Source: Pseudomonas aeruginosa PAO1 (GTDB taxonomy: Bacteria; Pseudomonadota; Gammaproteobacteria; Pseudomonadales; Pseudomonadaceae). From it: a stretch of 64,000 nucleotides of DNA. Of this stretch, positions 1-11,112 are shown one piece after another. Location: the NCBI RefSeq assembly GCF_000006765.1, contig NC_002516.2. One strand, given 5' to 3'. Numbering within the stretch: the stretch's first letter is position 1; every line of letters starts with the position of its first letter. Both the position numbers and the translations under genes were made by a program. The notes under the pieces were generated by a model. It made no database searches, was not told where the DNA came from, and saw only the letters and a list, made by a program, of their open reading frames with translations.

Positions 1-843
1 GCCGCGGACCACGTTGGGCGCGCCCATCAGCACCTGCAGGCCGTGCTCGTGGCTGGCCCTGGCGGCCTCCACGGTGGTCGGGAACTCGGCGATGGCCATG
101 CCGTAGCCGGCCGACTCGCGGACATGCGCGAGGGTCGCGTCGTCATGGCTGGCCACCGACAGGCCGCGTCCCTGGCAGACATCGACGATGGCCGCACGGG
201 CGGCGTCGCTGTAGCGCTCGGAGTTGGCTACCTGCTCGACGATGAAGGCGTCCATCTCGGCATCGCTCAGGTGGTACTTGCCCTGGTAGTACTCGCGGTA
301 CTTCTCCAGCCTGGCGAACTGGCGCTGGCCGGGGGCGTGGTCCATCACCGAGACCAGTTGCACCAGCGGATGCTCGACCAGTTCGCGGAACACCTCCAGC
401 GTCTGCGGATGGCTGACCTCACAACGCAGGTGCAGGCGATGGTCGGCGCGCGCGTCGCCGCTGGCGGCGGCCTCGCCGATGGCCTCGAGCATCTTCGGCA
501 ACTGCTGCATGCGCTTGCCCTTGGGGTTGACGTCGCCGATGGACAGTGCGTCGAACACCGTGGTGATCCCCGCGGAGACGATCTGCGCGTCGTGCGCCAG
601 CACCGCCGAGGCCGACGGCCAGTCGACGCCGGGACGCGGGGTCATGTGCTTCTCCAGGTTGTCGGTGTGCAGCTCGACCAGGCCGGGCAGGAGGTAGTCG
701 CCCCCCAGGTCCTCGGCCCCGGCCAGGTGACTGCGGCCTTCGTCGACCGCGGCGATCAGGCCGTCGCGCAGCAGCACGCTGCCGACGAAGACCCGCTCGG
801 CGCTGACTACCCGGGCATTGCTGAGAACGCGTTCAGACGACAT
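1..843 (-). CDS. phnM: PhnM, alpha-D-ribose 1-methylphosphonate 5-triphosphate diphosphatase (5' part; runs off window start)
   Basis: Manual translation from ATG at 843: [13 protein letters not shown]...[16 protein letters not shown]...[10 protein letters not shown]...SHDD, amidohydrolase motifs; overlaps phnL stop. Not in ORF track because no stop lies in the window. Confidence 0.93.
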   Translation of the reverse strand, partial: MSSERVLSNARVVSAERVFVGSVLLRDGLIAAVDEGRSHLAGAEDLGGDYLLPGLVELHTDNLEKHMTPRPGVDWPSASAVLAHDAQIVSAGITTVFDALSIGDVNPKGKRMQQLPKMLEAIGEAAASGDARADHRLHLRCEVSHPQTLEVFRELVEHPLVQLVSVMDHAPGQRQFARLEKYREYYQGKYHLSDAEMDAFIVEQVANSERYSDAARAAIVDVCQGRGLSVASHDDATLAHVRESAGYGMAIAEFPTTVEAARASHEHGLQVLMGAPNVVRG

Positions 844-1549
844 GGGCTTGCTCCTGGCGGGAAAGCTCCTGGCTCATGTCCAGGTAGCGGCTGGCCACCG
901 CCTCGCGGGCGGCGCGGTCGTGGAAGATGCCGATCAACGCGGCGCCGGCGGCCTTGGCTTCGCCGATCAGCTCCAGCACTACCTGGCGGTTGGCTTCGTC
1001 GAGGGAGGCGGTCGGCTCGTCGAGCAGCAGGATCGGCCACTCGACCATGAAGCCGCGGGCAATGTTGACGCGTTGCTGCTCGCCGCCGGAAAAGGTGCCC
1101 GGCGCCAGTTGCCAGAGGCGTTCCGGGATGTTCAGCCGGGCCAGCAGGCTGCGCGCCCGCAGTTCGGCGCTGTCGCGGCTCCAGCCACGGGCCAGGGCCG
1201 GCTCCATGACCACGTCGAGGGTCGCCACCCGCGGGATCACCCGCAGGAACTGGCTGACGTAGCCGAGGGTCTGGCGGCGCACGGCGAGCACCTCGCGAGG
1301 CTCGGCGCCGACCAGTTCCAGCCAGTCGCCGGCGTGGCGCAGGCGGATGCTGCCGCCGGCCGGCAGGTAGTTGCCGTAGAGCGTGCGCAGCAGGGTGCTC
1401 TTGCCGGCGCCGGAGCGTCCGTGGAGCACCAGGCATTCGCCGCCGGCGACATTGAAGTTGAGCCCGCGCAGCACATTGAGCACTACGCCCTGTTGCTGGT
1501 GCAGGGTGAAGGTCTTGCTGAGGTCGCGGACCTCGATCAGGTTGTTCAT
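833..1549 (-). CDS. phnL: PhnL, C-P lyase system ABC-type ATPase
   Basis: 238 aa; Walker [25 protein letters not shown]; operon position. Confidence 0.95.
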   Translation of the reverse strand: MNNLIEVRDLSKTFTLHQQQGVVLNVLRGLNFNVAGGECLVLHGRSGAGKSTLLRTLYGNYLPAGGSIRLRHAGDWLELVGAEPREVLAVRRQTLGYVSQFLRVIPRVATLDVVMEPALARGWSRDSAELRARSLLARLNIPERLWQLAPGTFSGGEQQRVNIARGFMVEWPILLLDEPTASLDEANRQVVLELIGEAKAAGAALIGIFHDRAAREAVASRYLDMSQELSRQEQAHVV

Positions 1550-1598
1550 CGCTACTTCTCCGGGCGCCCGTCGCGCGGACCGGCGCCGACGCTTCGGC

Positions 1599-2414
1599 TC
1601 AGGGTTGCAGGACCGACGACACCAGCAATTGCGTGTACGGATGCTGCGGGTCGTCGAGAATCTGGTCGGTGAGACCGGCTTCCACCACCCGCGAACGGCG
1701 CATGACCATCAGGCGGTCGGCGAGCAGGCGCGCCACCGCCAGGTCGTGGGTGACGATCACCACCGCCAGGTCCAGCTCGCGCACCAGGCCGCGCAGCAGG
1801 TCGAGCAGGCGCGCCTGCACCGACACGTCGAGGCCGCCGGTGGGTTCGTCCATGAACACCAGGCGTGGCGCCGAGACCAGGTTGCGGGCGATCTGCAGGC
1901 GCTGCTGCATGCCGCCGGAAAAGGTTCGCGGCAGGTCGTCGATGCGCAGCGGATCGATCTCCACCTGTTCCAGCCAGTCCAACCCGGCCTGGCGCAGCCG
2001 ACCGTAGTGGCGCACGCCCTGGGCCATCAGCCGTTCGCCGATGTTGGCGCCGGCGGACACGCCCATGCGCAGGCCGTCGCGCGGGTTCTGCTCGACGAAG
2101 CCCCACTCGGTGCGCAGCAGGGTGCGCCGCTCGGCTTCGCTGGCGGCGTAGAGGTCCAGCCAGCGGTCGCCGTCGTCGCGGTAGGCGACCGTGCCGGCGT
2201 CCGGCGGGCAGCGCCCGGAGAGCAGCGAGAGCAGGGTCGACTTGCCCGAGCCGGACTCGCCGACGATGCCCAGCACTTCGCCGGGGTAGAGATCGAAGTC
2301 GACCTCCTGGCAGCCCTTTTCCGGCCCGTACAGGCGGGTCAGGCCGCGCACCGAGAGCAGCGGCCGGTCGCGTGCGTCGAGGCTCGCATCGATGGATTCG
2401 CAGACCGCGTTCAT
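1599..2414 (-). CDS. phnK: PhnK, C-P lyase system ABC-type ATPase
   Basis: 271 aa; [18 protein letters not shown]-terminal [14 protein letters not shown]. Confidence 0.95.
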   Translation of the reverse strand: MNAVCESIDASLDARDRPLLSVRGLTRLYGPEKGCQEVDFDLYPGEVLGIVGESGSGKSTLLSLLSGRCPPDAGTVAYRDDGDRWLDLYAASEAERRTLLRTEWGFVEQNPRDGLRMGVSAGANIGERLMAQGVRHYGRLRQAGLDWLEQVEIDPLRIDDLPRTFSGGMQQRLQIARNLVSAPRLVFMDEPTGGLDVSVQARLLDLLRGLVRELDLAVVIVTHDLAVARLLADRLMVMRRSRVVEAGLTDQILDDPQHPYTQLLVSSVLQP

Positions 2415-3295
2415 TGCGCGTCCTCCCCTTCTTCCTGGCGGGCACGCCGCTGCGTGCAGTAATCGGTGTCGGAACAGACGAAGCGCTTGCCGCCACGGTC
2501 GTCGACGATCAGTTCGTCCAGGTAGGACTCGTGGCTGCCGCAGAAGGCGCAGCTTTCCTCCCAGCGCTGAACCTCGAAGGGGTGGTCCTCGAAATCCAGG
2601 CTCGCCACCCGGGTGAACGGCGGCACCGCGTACAGGCGCTTCTCGCGACCGGCGCCGAACAGCATCAGCGCCGGGTTCATGTCCAGCTTGGGGTTGTCGA
2701 ACTTGGGAATCGGCGAGGGATCCATCACGTAGCGCTCGTCCACCGTCACCGGGTAGGCATAGCTGGTGGCGATATGGCCGAAGGTGGCGATGTCCTCGTA
2801 GAGCTTCACGTGCATCACCCCGTAGTCGTCGAGCGCATGCATGGTCCGGGTCTCCGCCTCGGAAGGCTCGATGAAGCGCAGCGGCTCGGGGATCGGCACC
2901 TGGTAGACCATGATCTGCTCGCCGCTCAGGGCGGTTTCCGGTATCCGGTGGCGGGTCTGGATCACCGTCGCCTCCGGGGTCCGTTCGGTGGTGGCGACCC
3001 CGGCGGTGCGGGCGAAGAAACGCCGGATGGATACCGCGTTGGTGGTGTCGTCGGCGCCCTGATCGATCACCTTGAGCACGTCGTCGGCACCGAGGATGGC
3101 CGCGGTCACCTGCATGCCGCCGGTGCCCCAGCCGTAGGGCAGCGGCATCTCGCGGCCGCCGAAGGGCACCTGGTAGCCGGGGATCGCCACCGCCTTGAGC
3201 AGGCCGCGGCGGATCATGCGCTTGGTCTGCTCGTCGAGGTAGGCGAAGTTGTAGCCCTGCTCCGGCGCGGCGCTGGCTTGCGGGGAAAGGCTCAT
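2411..3295 (-). CDS. phnJ: PhnJ, radical-SAM C-P lyase
   Basis: Start re-called at ATG 3295 (294 aa); GYNFAYLDEQTKRMIRR, GWGTGG, C-terminal Cys cluster CAFC...CSDTDYC. Confidence 0.95.
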   Translation of the reverse strand: MSLSPQASAAPEQGYNFAYLDEQTKRMIRRGLLKAVAIPGYQVPFGGREMPLPYGWGTGGMQVTAAILGADDVLKVIDQGADDTTNAVSIRRFFARTAGVATTERTPEATVIQTRHRIPETALSGEQIMVYQVPIPEPLRFIEPSEAETRTMHALDDYGVMHVKLYEDIATFGHIATSYAYPVTVDERYVMDPSPIPKFDNPKLDMNPALMLFGAGREKRLYAVPPFTRVASLDFEDHPFEVQRWEESCAFCGSHESYLDELIVDDRGGKRFVCSDTDYCTQRRARQEEGEDAQ

Positions 3296-4392
3296 GCGCG
3301 CTTCTCCTGGACAGTGGGTTGCGCGGATTCGGCGACGCCGGGACGACGCAGCTTGCGAATCAGCTCCAGCTCGGACTGGAAATCGACGTAGTGCGGCAGC
3401 TTCAGGTGCGAGACGAAGCCACCGGCCTCGACGTTGTCGCAGTGCATCAGAACGAACTCTTCCTGCTGCGCCGGCGACACCACCTCCTCGCCGTATTCCT
3501 CGGCGCGCAGGGCGCGGTCGACCAGGGCCATGCCCATCGCCTTGCGCTCGGCGTAGCCGAAGGCCAGGCCGTAGCCACGGGTGAATTGCGGCAGCTCCTC
3601 GCGGGAACCGACGAACTGGTTGACCATCTCGCACTCGGTGACCTCGATCTCGCCCACCGGCACCGCGAAGCCGAGTTCCTCGGGCTCCAGCCAGACCTCG
3701 CAGGCGCCGATGCGGATCTCCCCGGCGAACGGATGGTTGCGGCCGTAGCCGCGCTGGGTCGAATAGCCCAGGGCGAGAAGGAAGCCCTCGTCGCCGCGGG
3801 CCAGGGCCTGCAGGCGCTGGGCGCGGCCGGTGGGGAAGTCGAGCGGCTCGCGGGTGATATCCGGCACCGCGCCGGGCAGTTCGTACTCCGGCGTCATCAG
3901 GCCTTCTCGGTCGAGCAGGCCGAGCACGCGCGGACAAGGCTCCAGGGACGCGCCCCGCTCCACTTCGGGGCCGGGGTAGTCGCCCTCGGCGAGCAGGCTG
4001 AAGTCGAGCAGGCGATGGGTATAGTCGAAGGTCGGACCGAGCAGTTGCCCGCCCGGCAGGTCCTTGTAGGTCGCCGAGATCCGTCGTTGCAGGCGCATCC
4101 CGGCGGTATCCAGCGGCAGGCTGGCGGCGAAGCGCGGCAGCGTGGTGCGGTAGGCGCGGAGAAGGAAGATCGCTTCCATCAGGTCGCCGGCCGCCTGCTT
4201 GATCGCCAGTGCCGCCAGTTGCTCGTCGTACAGCGAACCTTCGGTCATCACCCGCGACACGGCCAGCGGCATCTGCTGGCGGATCTGCTCCACCGACAGC
4301 TCCGGCAGCGCGGTATCGCCGCGGCGCTTGCGCGCCAGCAGGCGATGGGCGTTGTCGATGGCCTTCTCGCCACCCTTGACGGCTACGTACAT
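3292..4392 (-). CDS. phnI: PhnI, C-P lyase complex subunit
   Basis: Start ATG 4392, MYVAVKGGEKAI (366 aa); GFVSHLKLPHYVDFQSEL. Confidence 0.95.
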   Translation of the reverse strand: MYVAVKGGEKAIDNAHRLLARKRRGDTALPELSVEQIRQQMPLAVSRVMTEGSLYDEQLAALAIKQAAGDLMEAIFLLRAYRTTLPRFAASLPLDTAGMRLQRRISATYKDLPGGQLLGPTFDYTHRLLDFSLLAEGDYPGPEVERGASLEPCPRVLGLLDREGLMTPEYELPGAVPDITREPLDFPTGRAQRLQALARGDEGFLLALGYSTQRGYGRNHPFAGEIRIGACEVWLEPEELGFAVPVGEIEVTECEMVNQFVGSREELPQFTRGYGLAFGYAERKAMGMALVDRALRAEEYGEEVVSPAQQEEFVLMHCDNVEAGGFVSHLKLPHYVDFQSELELIRKLRRPGVAESAQPTVQEKRA

Positions 4393-5024
4393 CAGGCCAC
4401 CTCCTCGACGGGTTCGCTGACCCGGGTACTGCGTGGCAGGCCGAGGATGCGCTCGCCGGCGGCGAAGAAGGCATCCAGGCCCCTGGGGAATTCGGTGCGT
4501 GCGGCGCGCTGCGCCCAGAACCCGGCGCTCACCGGCAACGCCACCTGGCGCACCTCGGCGATACCCGGTCCGCGCCACTCCAGCGAGGCGCCGCCATCGA
4601 GGCCGGCAAGCTGGATCAGCAGGGTGCAGGACTGGTCCGGATAACGGTCGCTGCCGCTGTCGAAGCCGCTCAGGTCGTCCAGCTCGCCTTCGTCGAGCAA
4701 GGCGAACAGCGCCTGCTCACGCTCGGCGACGATCGGGCAGCCGCAATGGAAGGCCAGGTTGGCGCGCAACGTCGGGCTGTCGAGACCCGGCGCCAGCCAC
4801 AGCGGGGTGTCGGAGTCGAGGAAGCTCAGGCACAGCGCGTAGCTGGCCGGTTGCAACGCGGCCAGCGCCGGTGCGCGGTCGAGGTTGCGCACCAGCCCCG
4901 GTTCGGCGAGGGCCTTGAGCGCCGCGCGGAAACTCCGCTGGGCGTCCAGGACCGGGTCCTGGAACGCCGGTTGCAATAGCGCGGCGGTATCCGCCGGGCT
5001 GGGAAGCGAAGCGCTGGTCATCAA
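4392..5024 (-). CDS. phnH: PhnH, C-P lyase complex subunit
   Basis: PAFQDPVLDAQRSFRAALKALAEPG, GSDRYPDQS, FPRGLD motifs. Confidence 0.93.
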   Translation of the reverse strand: MMTSASLPSPADTAALLQPAFQDPVLDAQRSFRAALKALAEPGLVRNLDRAPALAALQPASYALCLSFLDSDTPLWLAPGLDSPTLRANLAFHCGCPIVAEREQALFALLDEGELDDLSGFDSGSDRYPDQSCTLLIQLAGLDGGASLEWRGPGIAEVRQVALPVSAGFWAQRAARTEFPRGLDAFFAAGERILGLPRSTRVSEPVEEVA

Positions 5025-5479
5025 TCTTCTCCTCGGACCAGGGTGAAGAACTCCACCTTGGTAGTGGCGATTTCCGCCTCCTGGGCGGCGCGGCGCTCGG
5101 CCTGGGTGCGGGCCAGCGGTTCGATCAGGCGCGCCTGCCAGGCCGCCGCGTCGGCGCCCTGCAGGTGCGCGTCGGCCAGGGCGGCCAGTTCGGCGTGGCG
5201 CTTGTCGCGCCCGGCGACATAGCTGTAGCCGGTGCGTCCGTCACCGAGCCGCACCACGCAGCGGGTCACGGTCATCTCGCCGAGGTTGAACGGGCTGCCG
5301 GTGCCGCCCATGCGTCCGCGCACCAGGGTCATGCCGGTCTCGGCGGCGCGCAGCAGGTGATAGTCGGCATCGCGCAGGGCGTCCGCATGGGCGTCCAGCT
5401 CCTCGCGACGGGCGCGGGCGAGCACGCCCATCCAGCGCTGTCGTGCGGCGATGGTGGGATCGGAATGCAAGGCGGTCAT
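5021..5479 (-). CDS. phnG: PhnG, C-P lyase complex subunit
   Basis: 152 aa; GRMGGTGSPFNLGEMTVTRC, KVEFFTLVRGED. Confidence 0.95.
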   Translation of the reverse strand: MTALHSDPTIAARQRWMGVLARARREELDAHADALRDADYHLLRAAETGMTLVRGRMGGTGSPFNLGEMTVTRCVVRLGDGRTGYSYVAGRDKRHAELAALADAHLQGADAAAWQARLIEPLARTQAERRAAQEAEIATTKVEFFTLVRGED

Positions 5480-5488
5480 GGGCTTCTC

Positions 5489-6193
5489 CTAGGGGGCGAC
5501 CTGGTACTGGAAGCGATCGGCGCGGCTGATCGACTGGGCCAGTTCCACCGGTTGGCCGGTACGGTCGCGGGACAGGGTGAGGACGGTGAGCAACGGCGCA
5601 TGGCGGGGCATCAGCAGGCGCGCCGCCTCCTCGCGATTGGGCAGGCGCGCACCGATCAGGCTGTAGGTGCGGGTCAGCGGCAGGCCTTTGTCGGCCAGGT
5701 AGCGACGCAGCGAACCGCCCTGGTAGTCGGCGAGCAGCTCGCTGCGGGAAACGGCGTAGCAATGGCGGATCAGGCTCACTGGCTGTCCGTCGAGGTAACG
5801 CAGGGTGGTCAGTTCCAGCACCCGCCCGCCCTCGCCGATCCCCAGGTGGGTGGCCTCGACGGCGCCGGCCGGACGCTGGCGCGCCTCCAGCAGCCGGGCC
5901 TCGACCCGGTGGCCCTGGGCCGAGAGCGACTCGGTGTAGGCGTTGGCGGCGCCCATCGGGTAGATCGTCGGCGCCTCCAGGACCTGGGTGCCCTTGCCCT
6001 GGCGCCGCAGCACGCGGCCTTCGAGCACCAGTTCGTCGAGCGCCCGGCGCAGGGTATGGCGGTTCACCGCGAAGCGCTGGGCCAGCTGGATCTCGCCGGG
6101 CAGGTAGTCGCCGGGGCGGTAGGCCAGCAGTTCCTGGCGCAGCCGTTCGGCCAGTTCGCGGTACAGCGGTTCGCTTTGTCTAGACAAGTGCAT
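5489..6193 (-). CDS. phnF: PhnF, GntR/HutC-family regulator
   Basis: Start ATG 6193 (234 aa); HTH LPGEIQLAQRFAVNRHTLRRAL plus UTRA-type C-terminus. Confidence 0.92.
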   Translation of the reverse strand: MHLSRQSEPLYRELAERLRQELLAYRPGDYLPGEIQLAQRFAVNRHTLRRALDELVLEGRVLRRQGKGTQVLEAPTIYPMGAANAYTESLSAQGHRVEARLLEARQRPAGAVEATHLGIGEGGRVLELTTLRYLDGQPVSLIRHCYAVSRSELLADYQGGSLRRYLADKGLPLTRTYSLIGARLPNREEAARLLMPRHAPLLTVLTLSRDRTGQPVELAQSISRADRFQYQVAP

Positions 6194-6231
6194 GGTTTGG
6201 AAAGGGCGCACCAGGCGCCCTCCTCGCGTCG

Positions 6232-7026
6232 TCAGATGAACAGCTTGCGCAGGCGTTGTGACAGAACGTCGATCAGGCTCACCACCACGATGATCACGAT
6301 CAGCACGGCGCAGGTCTGGCCGAACTGGAAGCCGCGGATGGCCTCCCAGAGGATCACGCCGATGCCGCCGGCGCCGACCATCCCGACCACTGTGGCGGAA
6401 CGCACGTTGGACTCGAAGCGGTACAGCGAATAGGAGATCCACAGCGGCAGGACCTGCGGGATGACCCCGAAGATGACCTCCTGCAGAGCGCTGGCACCGG
6501 TGGCGCGGACGCCTTCGACCGGACCGGGGTCGATCGCCTCGACCGCCTCGGCGAAGAGCTTGGCGAGCACCCCGGTGGTGCTGATGAACAGCGCCAGCAC
6601 GCCGGCGAACGGGCCCAGGCCGACGGCGACCACGAAGAGCATGGCGAAGACCATCTCGTTGATCGAACGGCAGGCATCCATCACCCGCCGCACCGGCTGG
6701 TAGACCCACCAGGGCACGATGTTCTCGGAGGCCAGGATCGACAGCGGGATGGCGCAGACGATCGCCAGCACCGTGCCCCAGAGGGCGATCTGCACGGTGA
6801 CCAGCATCTCGCTGAGGTAGAGCTTCCAGTTGCCGAAGTCCGGCGGGAAGAAGTCGGCGGCGAAGGTCGCCATGTTGCCGGCGTCGCGGAACAGCACGGC
6901 CGGGTTCATTTCCGCGCCCTTCCAGGACCAGGCGAGGATGGCGAGGAACAGGCCCCAGCCGACCAGGCGTCCCCAGGATGGCTTGCCGGTGGCGGCCGCC
7001 GCGGCGGTGGTGCTCAGAGTGCTCAT
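6232..7026 (-). CDS. phnE: PhnE, phosphonate ABC permease
   Basis: 264 aa, hydrophobic, EAA loop (EGVRATGA), intact frame. Confidence 0.94.
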   Translation of the reverse strand: MSTLSTTAAAAATGKPSWGRLVGWGLFLAILAWSWKGAEMNPAVLFRDAGNMATFAADFFPPDFGNWKLYLSEMLVTVQIALWGTVLAIVCAIPLSILASENIVPWWVYQPVRRVMDACRSINEMVFAMLFVVAVGLGPFAGVLALFISTTGVLAKLFAEAVEAIDPGPVEGVRATGASALQEVIFGVIPQVLPLWISYSLYRFESNVRSATVVGMVGAGGIGVILWEAIRGFQFGQTCAVLIVIIVVVSLIDVLSQRLRKLFI

Positions 7027-7062
7027 ATCGGGAATCTCGACAGCGGTATTGGCGAATCGGGT

Positions 7063-7084
7063 GGGCGCGGCGCCGGCCGCGCCC
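7063..7084. other. GC-rich hairpin between phnD and phnE
   Basis: GGGCGCGGC-GCCG-GCCGCGCCC, 9-bp stem, no U-tract; a role in stabilising phnD mRNA is inference. Confidence 0.5.
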
Positions 7085-7092
7085 GGGGTGGA

Positions 7093-8097
7093 TCAGCCGG
7101 CGTTGGCGGCGGTTTTCTGCTCGCGCTCGGCCATGCGTTTCTCCAGCTTGGCCAGCTCCTCGTCGAGGGCCTTCAGCTTGGCGGCCTTCTCCTCGGCGCC
7201 GAGGTTGGCGTTGTTCGCCACGTCGGTGCGCTGCTTGAACAGCTCGAGCTGGCGGATCGGCAGCAACTGGTCGTCGTCGGAGGGCTGGAACTTCGACCAT
7301 TGCAGGTCGGCGAGGACCTTCTTCTGCTCGGCGTTGGCGCCGTACTTGAAGAAGAAGTCGCGCAGCTTGTTCTTCTGCTCGTCGCTCAGGTTGTTGCGCC
7401 ACACCAGCGGGTCGCCCGGGATCAGCGGCGACTTCCAGATCACCTTGAGCTGCCTGGCCTTCTCCGGCTGGGTCAATTCCAGGCGCTCCATGCCCTCGGT
7501 ATTGAAGGTGGCGACGTCGACCTGCTTGTTGGCCACCGCCAGTGCGTTGACCTCATGGCTGGAATTGAGGGTGCGCTTGAAGGCCTTGACCGGGTCGACG
7601 TTGTTCTTGGCGAACACGTAGTAGCCGGGCACCAGGTAGCCGGACGTGGAGTTCGGATCGCCGTTGCCGAAGGTCAGGCTCTTGGCGTTCGCCAACATGT
7701 CCTCGAGGCTGTCGATCTTGCTGTCCTTGTTGGCGATCAGCAGGCTCCAGTAGCCCGGCGCGCCACTGGCGGCGACGGTCTGGGCGAAGATCTCGCCGTG
7801 GGCGCGATCCACCGCTTCCATGGCGGCCTTGTTGCCGTACCAGGCGATGTCGACCTTGTCGAAACGCATGCCTTGGATGATCCCGGCGTAGTCGGGGGCG
7901 AAGAAGGCCTTCACCTGGTAGCCGGTCTGCTGGCTCATGTCCTTGAGGAAGGGTTCCCAGATGCTCTTGAGGTTCTGCGACGACTCGGTGGAGATGATCC
8001 CGAAATTGATCACCGGCTGGTCGGCGTGCGCCATCCCGGCAAGGGAGCCGGCGAGCAGGGCGGAAGCCGCGAGCACACGACTGAAGCGTTTCAACAT
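7093..8097 (-). CDS. phnD: PhnD, periplasmic phosphonate-binding protein
   Basis: 334 aa; signal peptide, FGIISTES, NSTSGYLVP, SHE motifs. Confidence 0.96.
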   Translation of the reverse strand: MLKRFSRVLAASALLAGSLAGMAHADQPVINFGIISTESSQNLKSIWEPFLKDMSQQTGYQVKAFFAPDYAGIIQGMRFDKVDIAWYGNKAAMEAVDRAHGEIFAQTVAASGAPGYWSLLIANKDSKIDSLEDMLANAKSLTFGNGDPNSTSGYLVPGYYVFAKNNVDPVKAFKRTLNSSHEVNALAVANKQVDVATFNTEGMERLELTQPEKARQLKVIWKSPLIPGDPLVWRNNLSDEQKNKLRDFFFKYGANAEQKKVLADLQWSKFQPSDDDQLLPIRQLELFKQRTDVANNANLGAEEKAAKLKALDEELAKLEKRMAEREQKTAANAG

Positions 8098-8149
8098 GGA
8101 GAGAACTCCTGGGCAGGGTTTGGCGGGTTTTTATGCGGTTCGAATGACG

Positions 8150-8986
<837 letters not shown>

Positions 8987-9058
8987 CGTTCTCCCTCCAA
9001 TCGGTTGCACGAAGACGCCAGCGGCGCCATCTGGTGTAGACCAAGATAGAAGGAGACT

Positions 9059-9098
9059 GTGTCAGCCCGGTGAAGTGACGATGACAGTCGAGTGACAA
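9059..9098 (-). promoter_or_regulatory. Pho box array (PhoB site) of phn promoter
   Basis: Minus strand TTGTCAC-tcga-CTGTCAT-cgtc-ACTTCAC-cggg-CTGACAC, 11-bp period, then 10 nt and a -10-like TATCTT. Confidence 0.85.
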
Positions 9099-9190
9099 TC
9101 TCTTGAACGACCGGTGGTCAGAAGGCCATCATCCAACCCCCAGTAAAAAACTAGGCTTTTGCTGAATCGCTCGCATTTCAGATAGCTGGT

Positions 9191-9208
9191 ACTGGCAAAA
9201 CGCCGGCA
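9191..9208 (+). promoter_or_regulatory. Probable AmrZ autoregulatory site (amrZ1)
   Basis: ACTGGCAAAACGCCGGCA upstream of amrZ; matches the autoregulatory site as I recall it, not verified by search. Confidence 0.6.
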
Positions 9209-9346
9209 CGCAACGCACAATTGACGTCAACTAATTGTTGTTTCCGAAATAACAGACTGAACGGCTAGCGGAAATCGTGGTCATAGGCCCGAGAACAATG
9301 AACGCTTCCTCGGCACCGCTTTTCCCTGACTCTACAGGTTCAATGT

Positions 9347-9673
9347 ATGCGCCCACTGAAACAGGCAACTCCTACCTACTCCAGCCGTACCGCTGACAAA
9401 TTCGTCGTTCGTCTGCCCGAGGGCATGCGTGAGCAGATCGCAGAAGTCGCTCGCAGCCATCACCGCAGCATGAACTCCGAGATCATCGCCCGACTCGAGC
9501 AGAGCCTGCTCCAGGAAGGGGCGCTGCAAGACAATCTCGGTGTTCGCCTGGACAGCCCGGAACTCAGCCTGCACGAGCGCGAGCTGCTGCAGCGTTTCCG
9601 CCAGCTGACCCACCGTCAGCAGAACGCGCTGGTCGCCCTGATCGCACACGATGCGGAGCTGGCCCAGGCCTGA
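9347..9673 (+). CDS. amrZ: AmrZ (AlgZ) ribbon-helix-helix transcription factor
   Basis: 108 aa [47 protein letters not shown], Arc-like RHH. Confidence 0.97.
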
Positions 9674-9704
9674 GCGCCGAAGCCCACGCGTAGCGCTTGA
9701 AATG

Positions 9705-9729
9705 GCCGGCATTCGCCGGCTTTTTCTTT
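9705..9729 (+). terminator. Intrinsic terminator after amrZ
   Basis: GCCGGC-ATTC-GCCGGC followed by TTTTTCTTT. Confidence 0.8.
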
Positions 9730-9826
9730 ATGGATGGCCAAACCATGGGCGAGTAACCGCAAGGCGGTTATCCGCCGGCCCCTGTAGCGGTGGCGTTATC
9801 CCTCCAACGCCACGAGGGAGAGCCGA

Positions 9827-10192
9827 ATGAGCTATCGCCTGGCCGCCGATGCCCTGGTCTGGCTGCACCTGGGCTTCATCCTGTTCGTCCTGTTCGGCGG
9901 CCTGCTGCCGTTGCGCTGGCCACGCCTGGCCTGGCTGCACCTGCCGGCGGTGGCCTGGGGCTGCGCCGTTGAGTTCCTCGGCCTGCCCTGTCCGCTGACC
10001 CCGCTGGAGAATCGTCTGCGCCGGGCCGCCGGGGACGCCGGCTACAGCGGCGGCTTCGTCGAGCACTACCTGTTGCCGCTGATCTATCCCGCCGGCCTGA
10101 CCCCGGCGGTGCAATGGATCCTTGGCGCCATCGTTCTGCTGGTCAACCTGATCGCCTACCTGTATCTGTGGCATTGCCGCAGTAGCCGCTGA
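9827..10192 (+). CDS. Membrane protein, DUF2784-like
   Basis: 121 aa; hydrophobic, CPLTPLENRLR and GFVEHYL motifs. Confidence 0.75.
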   Translation: MSYRLAADALVWLHLGFILFVLFGGLLPLRWPRLAWLHLPAVAWGCAVEFLGLPCPLTPLENRLRRAAGDAGYSGGFVEHYLLPLIYPAGLTPAVQWILGAIVLLVNLIAYLYLWHCRSSR

Positions 10193-10289
10193 GCCACGGA
10201 TGCCACGTCATTCCGTACCTGGATAATGCTGCGCCGGCAGCGAGGCGAATCGTAGGCTGGTCTCCCCTGCCCAGCCCGGAGTCATTCCC

Positions 10290-11060
10290 ATGCATCCCTA
10301 TTTCAGTCTCGCCGGTCGCATCGCCCTGGTCACCGGCGGCAGCCGCGGCATCGGCCAGATGATCGCCCAGGGTCTTCTCGAAGCCGGCGCCCGCGTCTTC
10401 ATCTGCGCACGTGACGCAGAGGCCTGCGCCGACACCGCCACACGCCTCTCGGCCTACGGCGACTGCCAGGCGATCCCCGCCGACCTTTCCAGCGAAGCCG
10501 GTGCCCGGCGCCTGGCGCAGGCGCTCGGCGAACTCAGCGCGCGGCTGGATATCCTGGTGAACAACGCCGGCACCAGTTGGGGCGCAGCGCTGGAAAGCTA
10601 TCCGGTGTCCGGCTGGGAAAAGGTCATGCAGCTCAATGTCACCTCGGTGTTTTCCTGCATCCAGCAACTGCTGCCGCTGCTGCGCCGCTCGGCCAGCGCG
10701 GAGAACCCGGCGCGGGTGATCAACATCGGCTCGGTGGCGGGCATCAGCGCCATGGGCGAACAAGCCTATGCCTACGGGCCGAGCAAGGCCGCGCTGCATC
10801 AACTGTCGCGGATGCTGGCGAAGGAACTGGTCGGCGAGCACATCAATGTCAATGTGATCGCTCCCGGACGCTTTCCGAGCCGCATGACCCGTCACATCGC
10901 CAATGACCCGCAGGCACTGGAGGCGGACAGCGCGTCGATTCCCATGGGCCGCTGGGGTCGCCCGGAGGAGATGGCGGCGCTGGCGATCAGCCTGGCCGGC
11001 ACCGCCGGCGCCTACATGACCGGCAACGTGATCCCCATCGACGGCGGTTTTCATCTCTGA
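10290..11060 (+). CDS. rhlG: RhlG, NADPH-dependent SDR (beta-ketoacyl reductase-like)
   Basis: 256 aa; TGGSRGIG, NNAG, YGPSK; recognised N-terminus MHPYFSLAGRIALV. Confidence 0.9.
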   Translation: MHPYFSLAGRIALVTGGSRGIGQMIAQGLLEAGARVFICARDAEACADTATRLSAYGDCQAIPADLSSEAGARRLAQALGELSARLDILVNNAGTSWGAALESYPVSGWEKVMQLNVTSVFSCIQQLLPLLRRSASAENPARVINIGSVAGISAMGEQAYAYGPSKAALHQLSRMLAKELVGEHINVNVIAPGRFPSRMTRHIANDPQALEADSASIPMGRWGRPEEMAALAISLAGTAGAYMTGNVIPIDGGFHL

Positions 11061-11112
11061 GCGCCGCCAATCCGGGTAACATGACGCCCCCGACCGCTCG
11101 CCTCGTCCCGCC

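Noticed and set aside
5489-7402. Apparent long ORFs or fusions (637 aa phnF, 687 aa phnJ, 502 aa aldolase, 942 aa hasR)
   Set aside because: Upstream parts are off-frame readings of neighbouring genes; internal starts with SDs give family-typical lengths.
10290-11060. rhlG as marker of a rhamnolipid biosynthesis cluster
   Set aside because: No rhlAB or rhlC nearby, and RhlG is reported to be dispensable for rhamnolipid synthesis.
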